Virus record (IMG/VR): IMGVR_UViG_2599185359_000001
Span: 32,001 to 96,000 of that record
DNA: 64,000 nucleotides
DNA from: a virus
Taxonomy: Duplodnaviria > Caudoviricetes
Strand: one strand, 5' to 3'
Below the pieces are notes generated by a model that was not told where the DNA came from, searched no databases, and saw only the letters and a list, made by a program, of their open reading frames with translations. The position numbers and the translations under genes were made by a program. Shown here in pieces: positions 47,701-56,900 of this stretch (positions within the stretch are counted from its first letter, which is position 1; each line of letters starts with the position of its first letter).

Positions 47701-48331
47701 TCGGCTGCTCATTGAGCTCGATGCCTTCCACGCTCTCCACTTCCCCGTCGTTGAGCACGACGCGCATGTAGAGGTACTGATCGTCCCCCACATTCTTAGT
47801 GAAGCAGTCGGCCAGGTTGCCCGCCGTGCGGAACTCGCCGTAGATGACAGGGTAGGGGATGTTCTCCGTTGCGGAGTTCTTCGCGCCGTCGATGCCGTAG
47901 GATCGGCTGTCGTCGTTATCCGCCTTTTTCGGAGCCTTGGGCGCCAGTAGGAACGCGCTGGCCAGGCCGAGGCCGATCGCGATGCCGATCGATGCGATCT
48001 GGCCGATACCGGGGATGAACTGGACGGCGATCATCGCGACCTGCATCAGCACGCGCAGCACCGACTTGAACCCGTCGCCGCCCTGGGGGACGAGCACGAG
48101 ACCCAACTGGTCGCCGCGTGAGAGCTTGTGGCCGAGTTTGTCGGCCGGCTGGATCTCCTCCCCATTGAGGAAGACCATCCACTCGCACTCTTCGGGCAGG
48201 CCTTCGAGATAGTCGGAAAGCGTCGCAGACTTGCGCCAGGCAAGCTCGTGCTTCTCGACGGTCTCGGGCTCGAAGGCGTTGTAGAGCACGCTGAGGTGCA
48301 CGACGTTCTTCTGGCGCGGCGGCTTAACCAT
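44714..48331 (-). CDS. central tail tip / host specificity protein (lambda I+J-like)
   Basis: N-terminal ubiquitin-like/GGDG segment, PYPVIYGE, NNPAW and FN3-like repeats. Confidence 0.88.
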   Translation of the reverse strand: MVKPPRQKNVVHLSVLYNAFEPETVEKHELAWRKSATLSDYLEGLPEECEWMVFLNGEEIQPADKLGHKLSRGDQLGLVLVPQGGDGFKSVLRVLMQVAMIAVQFIPGIGQIASIGIAIGLGLASAFLLAPKAPKKADNDDSRSYGIDGAKNSATENIPYPVIYGEFRTAGNLADCFTKNVGDDQYLYMRVVLNDGEVESVEGIELNEQPISSFTDVEYYVSKGTLNEAAHPWFDGSTVQSNKSQKIDTGWVEHYTTSAVDKIRWDVAFSQGLVNIDSKKGDYSNRSVTFQMEARQVDPVTREPLGNYQPVEWQNGSYDYIDIDRDGVQLKDILRFIAHSQTKTSEVSQSTGAVQYRKAGTDEWVTVPLNAVASPGYIFDASGDGSIAGDTDITPYVSGQYDVALPRGDYEVRAAPGAQITRLVAYPSVATFSQTVTDSRTRQIRRSFESAQLAHGFYQTRIRRTNATSTDQYKLDEVYLTDVAEITVDPVAMRGTAYLALKIKLNEQLSAIPTVTARVKGSRVQLYDIEGNPTEKAWTNNPAWCGVDILAGIERGAGVPTRRIDWPRIIEFAEYCAANNITFNGVFDTNSNLSDALRAVWRIGHAAPIPFGTKISVAVDKPREPVASFTQANILKGSLELSYMSMADRSNEYEITYYDRNDRNKQKTIRYVDPKAVTFNEISRVAQVSFPGIDNVTQATKELWRAIYQNRLLIRTLTFDTAMDSINVLLGDVALIQHDMMAWANSGRLFAGSTTRKLVLDQNVQIEAGARYSTIVHFDAIHTGQNAIYSIVGQKLLVTGDSVEATKAKRLIMDGQDYEIVQLRDGNPYHTITLAVKPPLMFPGTQVNLWATDVVLQYDVTTSGPAETNVVELVADLPQAPAEGANFIFGKIEQVRKPYTLTGISGSGIEKRRLTFVEYHEGVYGPAEVEIPIPVTVVTDRQVPHVSMLLFDYERLVAANRKTITARVHWNPINIRNYAGADVYVSINGSAFRSAGSAVNSNELMVAVNEGDVPEFKVVAYNTRGDRAPFASAPSVKGTVAVLYAALDGPRNVAVTPTNFAVVGVAEMAWDEPADMTGVQAYEARYRRATAQTWTSLGEHVERSLTISGLDTGNYVAQVRSTSDSSLSEWVEKKFSIAVSPYAPTDPTKGNNRDGSAIMAPITSAGDVEHVINSDGSADISFEWEWKGKDASIDGFEVAWSAETA

Positions 48332-48707
48332 AGACATAGGCTCCCAGCGGCTTGATGAGGGGGTCGCTGAGCCGGTCGGTAGTCACGCCAGTCGCGCCGG
48401 TGGTGTGGAGGTAGCGATCGCGCGCGATCGTGTAGCCGACATGGGCACCGAGCCCCTCGACGCGTAGCGTGACGAGCGAGTTGACGGTACCGAGCGGCAC
48501 GCGCCTCCAGCGTCCCTTTTCGCGATCGATCAGGCTCTCGACCTCCTCGAGACTGCCGGGCGACACGAAGTCGGGGAGCTCGACGCCGTTACGACGGAAC
48601 ATCTCCTTGGCCAGGCCGTAGCAATCGAAAGTGCCCGGCCCGCGTGCGCCGCGCTCGAAGGGGAGCCCGAGGAGGTCGAAATAGTGGGGAACGACTTCAG
48701 CGATCAT
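48324..48707 (-). CDS. NlpC/P60 tail tip protein (lambda K-like)
   Basis: GLPF..G.RG...FDCYGL, HVG and YLH motifs. Confidence 0.85.
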   Translation of the reverse strand: MIAEVVPHYFDLLGLPFERGARGPGTFDCYGLAKEMFRRNGVELPDFVSPGSLEEVESLIDREKGRWRRVPLGTVNSLVTLRVEGLGAHVGYTIARDRYLHTTGATGVTTDRLSDPLIKPLGAYVYG

Positions 48708-48744
48708 TCCCAGATTGTAGCATATGTGTGTTCCAGTCACCACA

Positions 48745-49386
48745 TTACAAGTTCATGCGAACCAGGCCTGTGAGCGCCCGAAAGTTGAGCAGGTTGCCCT
48801 TGACCGCGCACCCCCTAGGCCCGTCGCGGGTATAGTCGCAAACTGTCTCGGCGCCGGTGTATCCGCAGCCGTAGCCCCGGAAGCGCCATGCGCAGCTCGT
48901 CTTCGACTGCCGATGCTTGGGAAAGGCGATGTTGAGAAGGTTCTCGGCGCCGAGGGTGAAGCTGACCGCGTAATCCTTCACGCTGGAGGTGACGATCTGG
49001 AACCTCTCCTCGAACTCGACAGGGCGATCCAGCCGCGCTGTGTTGAGCACGATCATGACCGCCTCGGAGAAGATGCCGCCGGCCATCTCTTCCATGCGAC
49101 GCTGAATGAAGCCGGTCTGATCCTGCGCCTCGATGGAGACCGAGGGAGCCTCATTCTGTTTCTGGTCGACATTGAGGCTGAAATTGCCCGCCAGGAACAC
49201 GCGCGGCTTTCCGTCGCCATCCACCCCGAACACGATGTTCTCAGGGTTGCGGGCGATGCGGATGGTGTCGACCGTCTGCCGCGTGTTCGGATTGACGATG
49301 TTGACCTCGAGGAGAATGACCCAGGCCGTGTCAGACGAAACCTTGTTCTTGTCGATCACGCTCGCGACGGAAAGCTGGCGGCCCAA
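48745..49386 (-). CDS. minor tail protein L-like
   Basis: C-terminal C.W.FRG..CGY.G....CD......C Fe-S motif. Confidence 0.8.
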   Translation of the reverse strand: MGRQLSVASVIDKNKVSSDTAWVILLEVNIVNPNTRQTVDTIRIARNPENIVFGVDGDGKPRVFLAGNFSLNVDQKQNEAPSVSIEAQDQTGFIQRRMEEMAGGIFSEAVMIVLNTARLDRPVEFEERFQIVTSSVKDYAVSFTLGAENLLNIAFPKHRQSKTSCAWRFRGYGCGYTGAETVCDYTRDGPRGCAVKGNLLNFRALTGLVRMNL

Positions 49387-49388
49387 AA

Positions 49389-49748
49389 CTATACCTCAGT
49401 CATCTTGATGGTGATGTCCCACATGCGATTGCGGCCGACACCCACATACTTCGTCTTCACCTCGTCGAACCGAACCTGGTGAAAGGTTCCATGCAGATAG
49501 TCGAAGTAGGTGAACGGAAGGCTTCGTGTGTGTGCGGCTTCGAACGCCATTATGGTCTGATAATCGGCGTGAGGCAATGCGATAAATCCGGTCGTGAACG
49601 TGATCCGCCGCGCGCGGGTGAACCGCGGACGACGGAACTCGTAACCGCCTTCGGTGTCGCTCTTGACGGTGTTATCCTCCAGGACACGATCGAAGAGCGA
49701 CGGGCTCTCGCCGCGCGAAAGGACCGGTTGGGTAGGGAACTGCGCCAT
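49389..49748 (-). CDS. distal tail protein
   Basis: Follows the tape measure gene; EGGYE.RRPRFTR motif. Confidence 0.75.
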   Translation of the reverse strand: MAQFPTQPVLSRGESPSLFDRVLEDNTVKSDTEGGYEFRRPRFTRARRITFTTGFIALPHADYQTIMAFEAAHTRSLPFTYFDYLHGTFHQVRFDEVKTKYVGVGRNRMWDITIKMTEV

Positions 49749-52700
49749 TACTGCCTCACTGCCGCGACCGCGTTGCGCAGCCGCCCATCTTTGCCCATGG
49801 CCTCCAGGACCACATCGACGATCATGTCCCGGCCGTTGAACCGGGTGTCACCCTGTTCAGCGTCGACTTCATGGCCGCTGTTGTTGATGACGTTGACCTC
49901 GACCTTCGCCGGGTGGCCGCCGCCGTAGCCCGTCTTGCCGAGGAGCCGCTGCTGCTCGCGGGTCAGCACCACCTCGTCGTCCAGGCCGATCATCGGAACC
50001 TCACCCGACTTCAGCTGACGGCCGCCGATCCAGCCGCCGCCGTGATACTTCTTGGCGTTGGCGAACACGTCAGCAGGGACGTGTGCGCTTGCCGACGCGG
50101 CGCCGATGACGCCGCCAGTGTGTGCGGTGCCCACCAGAACGCTGCCGATGCCACCCAGAACGCCCTTCAGGGGGCCGCCGAGCGGGATGCCGTTGCCGAT
50201 GCCCGGACCCATATCGAACGTGGGCTGGTCGCCAGGCATGATGTTGCTCCCGCCCGAACCGTAGCCGATCTGTGCGCCCGAGTTGACCTTGCCGGTCGTA
50301 GAGAAGCCGCCGCCGAGCTGCCCCTTCAGGAACGTGCCCATCGACACCTTCTCGCCGGCAGCATTGTTCGCCATGCCGATTGCCGACAGGATCGAGTATG
50401 CGATCATCGCCTGGAGGATCACCTGCAGGATCTTCTTCAGGATGTCGCCAACCAGGTCGCCGAAGTTGGTGTTCGCCTCCGTCATGCCCTGGACGATTGA
50501 ACCGAGCGCCTGGGCCATGGACTGCTGGATGCCCTGGCCGAGGCTCGCCCACTGGCGCGCCTGCTGGATGAGCGCACCTTCGGCCGCGCGCTCGTTGCGC
50601 GCTTCAGCTGCGGCCTTCCACGACAGAAAAGCCTGCTCGGCGCGCTGCTTCTCCGCCGCGCTCATTTGGGCGTTGTTGCGCACCGCCTCAAGCAGGACCT
50701 GCTGACGCGTCATCTCACGGCTGAAGTTCGCCTCGCGCTGCTGGTCCTCGTTCATGAGGCTGATGCGAATCTCTTCGGCGGTATCCTCCCAGCCCTTGAC
50801 GGTGTGCGCGGCATCAGCGCGCTCGATTGCCGCCACGATCTCGTCGATCTTCTGCTTGGCGTTCTCGAGTTCTTGGCCCGAGAGCCCGATCAGCTTGTCA
50901 GCGAAACGCGAGCGGATCTGCGCCAGCCGTTGGTCGGCCTCCATCGTCCCGCGGTTGAACGAGGTCCAGAACTCGTTGCCCTCGGTGGTAGCCTGCGCGA
51001 GATCGCCAGCGAGGCCGTCCATGACCTTCTTCACGTCCTGTTGCTTGGCCGTATCGTCGATCGCCGAGGCCATGTCGCGCAGCTGCTGGATCTGCTGCGG
51101 GGTGAGGCCGAGATGGTCTGGGCTCGCTGCCAGCTGCGCATTGAACTTTGCAAGCTCGCCCTTGCCGTCCGTGAGACGGTCGTTGAGCTGCGCCAGGCGG
51201 CCGGCCATGGAAACGATGCGGCTTTCGAAGGCGTCCTCCTGGGCATTCGCCTTGCGCGCATGAGCGAGCGCGTCCGTCGCCGTGGCAGCGCGGCGGATGC
51301 GGCTGATCTGCTCTTCGGTGGCACCGGCGTACTTGCCGCCGGCCAGCTCTGCGTTGAACTTGGCCAGGGCCGGACCGCTGCCGTTCATGCGCGCGGCCGC
51401 GGCCGCAGCTGCACCGTCAGCGGAAACAGCGGCGCGCTCCCACTTCGAAAGACCCTTGGCGCCGTTGCCGGCCAACTGACCCAAGGCCTGGGCGCCCTGA
51501 GCGACCTTCGCCTGGCCCTCTTGGACCAGCTCACGAGCCTTGTTGACGGTCGCGATCAGCGGGTCCAGCTCCCACTGCGCCTTACCCGACGAGCGCGCTC
51601 GCGCCAGGTCGGTTCGGGCCTTGGCCAGCGTCTGCTGGTCCATCGCGAGCTTCGCTCGGTCAAACGCGGCGGTTCGCGCCTGCATCTTGGCGAGGGCGCC
51701 CTTGTCGCCCTTTTCCAGATCGGCCTGCAGCTTGTCCATGTCTTGGCCGTACTGCTCGCCCATGCGATTCAGGACGTTGGTGCGGTTCGAGATCAGGCCG
51801 TCCCACCGCTTGTTGGACTCGTCCATCGCCAGCTGCGGCTGCGACTGCTTGATCTGACCCGCAAGCTTCGCGTCTTCAGCCTGAAGCTCAGCGCGGCGCT
51901 TGGCGCGCGCGTCGTTCCCGCGCACGTTGAGGCCCGTATCCCACCAGTGCTCGCCCTTCTCGACGGAGATCCCGAGGAGGGGGTTCTGGGCCTCGTTCTC
52001 CTTCATCTCGCGCGCGATGCGCTCACGCCGGGCAACCAGGGTCTGCATGTCGGATAGATTGCCCAAACCCTGGCGCAGTCGCTCAGCGGCGGCAGCGGCA
52101 CGATCTGCCTGCGTCTCAAAGACGCCGGCCGCCTGGGCGGCCTGATAGAGGGCGACGCCAATCATCACCGCCGGGTGGAGGGCGAGAGTCATGGCGCCCT
52201 GCAGCGCGCGGGTAGCACCGCTGGCGAGCGTGGCTGCCGTGGCCATGGCACGCTTGCCGAGGGTGTTTGCGGTCTCGGCAAGCGTCAGGCGCTCGGTTGC
52301 AGCCGTCTCGGCAGCCATGGCTGCGGCCAGCTGAAGCTCCAGCTGGATCTGCTTTTCCTTCTGCACGAGAATGGCGAAGCCGCTGCGCTGGGCAGTCTGC
52401 GATGCAGCATTGGTGCCCGCGGTAGCGAAGCCCTCGCGCTCGATAGCCGCGGCCAGCTCGGCTTCGACCGCGACCAGGCGCTGCTTGAGCGAGATCTCCT
52501 GCGCCGTCTGGGCGCGACGCTGGGACGCTTGGGTCGCCACCTCAGCCTCAACCTGCATCAGCGCCTGCTCAGCGAGCGTGCGCGCCCTCACCGCCTGGGT
52601 AAGCTCCGCCTCGACGACTGCCTGCTGGCGAACGAGCGTGCCCAGTTGGCGCGAGCGGTCAGCTCGAGTGAGGGAGCTGTTGTTCGCAACCGCGTCCGCC

Positions 52701-54328
52701 TGTGCGCGCGCAACATTGACGCGCTCGATCGCCGCGATCTCTTCCGCGGCGGCGAGCTGCGCTTGCGCGCGGGCCTGCTGGATCGCCGGGTTATTGCCGA
52801 TGTTCTTCAAGGCTGCGGCGTTGGCCTTCTCCGTAGCAGCGTCCAGCTGCACCTGAAGCGCGGTAACGCGGTTCCGTGCATCGCTGACGGCCTTGGCTGC
52901 CGAAGAAGCGGCGGCACGGTCTGCAGCCGTAGCCACCGCCTGATTTGCGGCCTTCAGCTCGGACAGTGCGGCGATCTCGGCGCGGATCTTCCCGATCTGA
53001 CGTTCACGCTCCGCGGTGGTGGTGCGGATCGCGTTGATCATCGTTCGTTCTTGCTCGGCGACCGCGCGGTTGCGAGCCACCTCCATCCCCATGCGGTTGC
53101 GCTCCAGGACCCACAGGTTCTGGGTGGTGACGTTGCCGCGGAGCACCTGACCATAGGCGGCGGCCTCGGTGCGGGCTGCGGCAATGGAAACACTGAGGGC
53201 GCGGAGGGACGCGACGGCTTCCTGTGCGCCGGTCAAGATCCAGGCACCAAAGCGCTTCGCGGTCAGCGCGGCGATACCGATCGCGATGGCCTTGATGCCG
53301 GCGCCGATCTCATTGCGGAACTCTACGGCGACCCGGATCGCGCCCGCGATCGAGGAGGCGATCGAATTGACGGCGCCGCCGAGACCTGCAGCGAGCTGAC
53401 GCCCCTCGGACCCTTTGAGCAGGTCGTTCAGATCCTTCAGGCCCTTGACGCTGGTCGCAAACAGGCCGCCCTTTTCGTCCAGCCCGGTGAAAGCCGTCGA
53501 AAGGGACATGATGTTGGTGCGGAGCTCGGCCAGCTGGCCGGTCATCGTCGCCGCGAGCTTGCCGCCAGCGCCCGTATAGACGCGCTGCATTTCCGCGAAC
53601 ATCAGCGCCAGAGCGGGGCCGGCGCGCACGGTGCCGGTCGCAACCTCCTTGGACAGCTGTGCGACCGTCTTGCCCATCGAGCGAGCCATCAGGCTCATAG
53701 CGTTCGGGACGGCCTCACCCAGCTGCTGCCGGAGCTCTTCCATCGACACGACACCCTTGCCCGCCATCTGTTGGATGGCGATCGAGGCGCGGTGCATGGT
53801 ATCGGAGGTGCCGCCGAACGAAGCCACCGCGTCAGCGAGAGCCTGGAGCGAGCCGTCCCGCGGATCGAGCTTCGCTGAGCGGAACTTCACGAACGCGTCG
53901 GTCAGATCGTCGACCGCGAAGCCGGTCTTTCGGGCCATGTCGAACAGCTCGGAGAGGTTCTCCTTGGCCTCGGTGGCCTTCCCCAGCGCCGTCGTCTGGT
54001 TCGACAGGCCCTTCATCAGCACGGTCAGGCGTTCGACTTTGGCCGACTGCTGCAGCAATGCGCCGACCCAGCCCACGGCGAGGTCGCGCACATTGAGGAG
54101 CGCGAGGCGCATGTTGCCGAGGATCAGAACGTAGTCGCGCAGCTTCTGCAGCGGCGTCGACATCGCGCTGCCCGCGCGGTCAAAGGTGTCGGTGAATTTG
54201 CGGACGGAGGATGACGACTTGTCGACGTTGCCGCCGAAGGTGCGCATCTGCGCGCCGGCCTGAGCCAGGCGACCTGAATACCGACCGGTATCAAGATCCA
54301 GAACTAGACTAAGCCGGCGCGTTGCCAC
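49748..54328 (-). CDS. tail tape measure protein
   Basis: 1526 aa, Ala-rich; QM.GKG.VSMEELRQQLGE tape-measure motif and C-terminal YHGGG. Confidence 0.93.
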   Translation of the reverse strand: MATRRLSLVLDLDTGRYSGRLAQAGAQMRTFGGNVDKSSSSVRKFTDTFDRAGSAMSTPLQKLRDYVLILGNMRLALLNVRDLAVGWVGALLQQSAKVERLTVLMKGLSNQTTALGKATEAKENLSELFDMARKTGFAVDDLTDAFVKFRSAKLDPRDGSLQALADAVASFGGTSDTMHRASIAIQQMAGKGVVSMEELRQQLGEAVPNAMSLMARSMGKTVAQLSKEVATGTVRAGPALALMFAEMQRVYTGAGGKLAATMTGQLAELRTNIMSLSTAFTGLDEKGGLFATSVKGLKDLNDLLKGSEGRQLAAGLGGAVNSIASSIAGAIRVAVEFRNEIGAGIKAIAIGIAALTAKRFGAWILTGAQEAVASLRALSVSIAAARTEAAAYGQVLRGNVTTQNLWVLERNRMGMEVARNRAVAEQERTMINAIRTTTAERERQIGKIRAEIAALSELKAANQAVATAADRAAASSAAKAVSDARNRVTALQVQLDAATEKANAAALKNIGNNPAIQQARAQAQLAAAEEIAAIERVNVARAQADAVANNSSLTRADRSRQLGTLVRQQAVVEAELTQAVRARTLAEQALMQVEAEVATQASQRRAQTAQEISLKQRLVAVEAELAAAIEREGFATAGTNAASQTAQRSGFAILVQKEKQIQLELQLAAAMAAETAATERLTLAETANTLGKRAMATAATLASGATRALQGAMTLALHPAVMIGVALYQAAQAAGVFETQADRAAAAAERLRQGLGNLSDMQTLVARRERIAREMKENEAQNPLLGISVEKGEHWWDTGLNVRGNDARAKRRAELQAEDAKLAGQIKQSQPQLAMDESNKRWDGLISNRTNVLNRMGEQYGQDMDKLQADLEKGDKGALAKMQARTAAFDRAKLAMDQQTLAKARTDLARARSSGKAQWELDPLIATVNKARELVQEGQAKVAQGAQALGQLAGNGAKGLSKWERAAVSADGAAAAAAARMNGSGPALAKFNAELAGGKYAGATEEQISRIRRAATATDALAHARKANAQEDAFESRIVSMAGRLAQLNDRLTDGKGELAKFNAQLAASPDHLGLTPQQIQQLRDMASAIDDTAKQQDVKKVMDGLAGDLAQATTEGNEFWTSFNRGTMEADQRLAQIRSRFADKLIGLSGQELENAKQKIDEIVAAIERADAAHTVKGWEDTAEEIRISLMNEDQQREANFSREMTRQQVLLEAVRNNAQMSAAEKQRAEQAFLSWKAAAEARNERAAEGALIQQARQWASLGQGIQQSMAQALGSIVQGMTEANTNFGDLVGDILKKILQVILQAMIAYSILSAIGMANNAAGEKVSMGTFLKGQLGGGFSTTGKVNSGAQIGYGSGGSNIMPGDQPTFDMGPGIGNGIPLGGPLKGVLGGIGSVLVGTAHTGGVIGAASASAHVPADVFANAKKYHGGGWIGGRQLKSGEVPMIGLDDEVVLTREQQRLLGKTGYGGGHPAKVEVNVINNSGHEVDAEQGDTRFNGRDMIVDVVLEAMGKDGRLRNAVAAVRQ

Positions 54329-54355
54329 TTCCTCATCCTCTCGTGTGTGTGTTGG

Positions 54356-54691
54356 TTAGGACTTGCCGGAGGCAAAGCGATCCCGCAGCTCGTCGAACTT
54401 GGCCTCATCGAACTTCTTCTCGACCACCACCGGGCTATCGAGCTCCAGTCGGAGCGACTCCACCAGTGCCGTGACGGGCTCTTTGCTCTGCGCCGCGGCG
54501 GTGATCAGGAGTCGAAAGGTTCGCTGGTCGCGCTCGGCACGGATGCGATCGATCTGGCGATTGTACGACCAGAAGGTGCGAAGCGGGAGCTTCAAGACTT
54601 CCCGGTAGCTCATGCCGTATTCAGCGGAGACACGAGCTACGAAGAACGGGAAGTCGATCTGCTTTAGCTCTGCTCCGCCACCTCGTTTCCC
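54356..54691 (-). CDS. tail assembly chaperone GT extension (-1 frameshift product)
   Basis: The -1 frame is open from the GGGAAAC slippery site into ORF 54356..54613. Confidence 0.75.
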   Translation of the reverse strand, partial: GKRGGGAELKQIDFPFFVARVSAEYGMSYREVLKLPLRTFWSYNRQIDRIRAERDQRTFRLLITAAAQSKEPVTALVESLRLELDSPVVVEKKFDEAKFDELRDRFASGKS

Positions 54692-55050
54692 ACCGTGACG
54701 CCTTCACCGGCGTCGGGCGAGGACACTTCGTTGATCTTGGAGCTCATATCGTTGAGCCAGCCGAAGATCGTGAAGAGCGAGGGGGTGGGGAGCTCGCCGA
54801 CCGGCAGCGTCGGAAAGAACTCCTGGATGCTGTCTCGGATCATCGAGACGACTTCGACCATGTCCTGGTCGCCGATCGCTTCGGCGTCGGCCACCATCTG
54901 CTGCTGCTTCATCGCTCGCTTCTGCTGCTCGATGAAGCCGTCGACGTCGAGCACCTTCATGTAATGAGACGTGCCCTTGTGCTTCACTGCGATGTCGGAG
55001 ACGTCGTGCTCGAGGTCGTCCAGGTTCAGGATTTTCGGTTCGTTGCCCAT
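54664..55050 (-). CDS. tail assembly chaperone G
   Basis: Lies between the major tail and tape measure genes; slippery site near the 3' end. Confidence 0.8.
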   Translation of the reverse strand: MGNEPKILNLDDLEHDVSDIAVKHKGTSHYMKVLDVDGFIEQQKRAMKQQQMVADAEAIGDQDMVEVVSMIRDSIQEFFPTLPVGELPTPSLFTIFGWLNDMSSKINEVSSPDAGEGVTVGNEVAEQS

Positions 55051-55079
55051 GGTAACTCTTGCTGCTGTGTGGAGGGTGA

Positions 55080-55102
55080 GGGGAGGGGCACTGCCCCTCC
55101 CC
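55080..55102 (-). terminator. hairpin after the major tail gene
   Basis: GGGGAGGGGCA/TGCCCCTCCCC; no clear U tract. Confidence 0.4.
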
Positions 55103-55109
55103 AGGCTGG

Positions 55110-55625
55110 TCAGGCGGCCGCCGGGTCGCCCATGGTGAAGAGCTCACCGGTGGTCAGATCGACGAAGCCCTCGAACTCGACGGCGAAGACCTTCTGGTCG
55201 TCGTGCTTGAAGGCGAACGAGAAATCGCCCTTCACCGAGGCCAGGCTGATCGTGACGTCCTTGCTCTTGTCGTTGGCCGCGCGGGCGAACGGGTGCAGGA
55301 CGAGCTCGCCGGCCTGGGCGCGCAGCGAGGTGCCGACCGCCGACTTGATCACGAGCTTCTTGGAGGCGCCGGTGCCGATCAGGGTCGATCCGGGAACGCA
55401 GGCGGCGAGCTTGGTGAGGTCGCTCTCGGCCATCGGGAACTTCACCTTGACGGAGCGGCCCTTGATGACGTTGTCCACGACCGTGTCGCCGTACTGATCG
55501 ACGGTGATCGGCGTCACCTCGGTGCCGAACTCCACTTCGACGCCGCCCTTGGTCAGGCCGAGGTCGGTGCCCTTATAGGTGCCCGTGCAGGGACCCATTT
55601 CCAGATTGTCGAAATCGCTTGCCAT
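55110..55625 (-). CDS. major tail tube protein
   Basis: GPC...YKG.DLGLTKGGVEV motif. Confidence 0.85.
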   Translation of the reverse strand: MASDFDNLEMGPCTGTYKGTDLGLTKGGVEVEFGTEVTPITVDQYGDTVVDNVIKGRSVKVKFPMAESDLTKLAACVPGSTLIGTGASKKLVIKSAVGTSLRAQAGELVLHPFARAANDKSKDVTISLASVKGDFSFAFKHDDQKVFAVEFEGFVDLTTGELFTMGDPAAA

Positions 55626-55693
55626 TGCATGCTCCAAAATGAATATCGTGAAGCATCATACCATAAGTGTGTGTCACTTGCCACACGCTTGGA

Positions 55694-56077
55694 TTATACG
55701 AGAGCGAAGCCCAATCGAAAGCGGACGCTCGTCTCGATGTCGTCGGCTTCGCCGCGCGGGTAGCTGATCGGCCTGGTCATCGGTCGACACCAGACCACTT
55801 TGACACCGTCGCCCTCAACGCGTTCGAGCGTCAGCGCCTTGGCGACCCTCTCCGCAACGGCAAATCCCTCAAGCGGATCGGGGTTACGAACGACCGCCTG
55901 AATCTGCGACGAGAAGAAGCCACCAAGCCCCTCATCGATTTCGTGGCCGGATAGCGGATCAATCAGCATGACGCCGCGCGGGACGTCTGCGGGCAGCGTG
56001 CCGACGAACAGGTCCACGCCAGACTGCGCGATGCCAGCTGCCTCGATGAACGTTGCGAGATAGATCAGGTGCTTCAC
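55694..56077 (-). CDS. tail terminator / minor capsid-like protein
   Basis: Position and size; DLFVGTLP motif. Confidence 0.65.
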   Translation of the reverse strand: MKHLIYLATFIEAAGIAQSGVDLFVGTLPADVPRGVMLIDPLSGHEIDEGLGGFFSSQIQAVVRNPDPLEGFAVAERVAKALTLERVEGDGVKVVWCRPMTRPISYPRGEADDIETSVRFRLGFALV

Positions 56078-56541
56078 AGATTCATCAATCCTTCTACCAG
56101 TTCGTCGAGGATCTCGTCGAACTCATGATCATGCTCGGCCAGCGCTCGCTCCAGGAAGAGCGGCCCGACCTTGTTCTTGGGGCTCATCATCATCTTGGCG
56201 CGCGATGCCGGCCCCAGTTTCCAGTCGAAGCTCTCGTGCAGCCACACAGCGTAGAGGTCGACATTCACCCCGCCTACCATCCCGCCGATCTCGATCGTCG
56301 TCTCGATGCGGCCGCCGGCGCCGTACTGCTCGCGAATGCGGTGCGACTTCTCCAACTCGTGACCAGGCGCCTCGCCGCGGCGCGAGCCCTTCCAGTCCAC
56401 GGGTGAGTTGGCGATCGACTGCTCCATCACAACCTTGGTCACCTGGCGCATATGCCGCAGCCCGCGTTTGCTGGTGGTTGCTCCCTCCCGCGCGAAGTGT
56501 GCGCCGAGCTCCGTTGCGCCGGTGCCCTTGAAGTAGAGCAT
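56074..56541 (-). CDS. neck / tail completion protein (HK97 gp10-like)
   Basis: SPVD..., YAVWLHE and VGPLFLERAL motifs. Confidence 0.7.
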   Translation of the reverse strand: MLYFKGTGATELGAHFAREGATTSKRGLRHMRQVTKVVMEQSIANSPVDWKGSRRGEAPGHELEKSHRIREQYGAGGRIETTIEIGGMVGGVNVDLYAVWLHESFDWKLGPASRAKMMMSPKNKVGPLFLERALAEHDHEFDEILDELVEGLMNL

Positions 56542-56891
56542 CAGAGGTCTGCCCTGATGTGGCAATCGAGCTCGAGGTGATCCAGGCGCCCCATGACGTC
56601 CGCACGCGGTTGGACGATCGACACCTCCAGCGTATAGCCGTAGACCCGCAGCAGATCCCCGCACTTCACATCGAACTGCTTGCCCGCAAGGATTTTGGCG
56701 GTCGCCTCGTGCTGCTCAGCTGCGCCGCGGGACGCGGAGCTGTCCGCGCGGACGCTAGTGTGTGCGCTGGTGTCCTTCAGGTCCACGACCGATATGGCGA
56801 TCGGCTGCGGCGCGAAGAAGCTTTCCTTGCCGGTGATGGAGCGCTTGGCGGCTTTCTTCAGCCATTCCGCCCGTGCGTTGGGAACGAACAT
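56541..56891 (-). CDS. head closure protein (putative)
   Basis: Position; TSVRADSSASRG motif. Confidence 0.65.
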   Translation of the reverse strand: MFVPNARAEWLKKAAKRSITGKESFFAPQPIAISVVDLKDTSAHTSVRADSSASRGAAEQHEATAKILAGKQFDVKCGDLLRVYGYTLEVSIVQPRADVMGRLDHLELDCHIRADL

Positions 56892-56900
56892 TGTCGGGTC

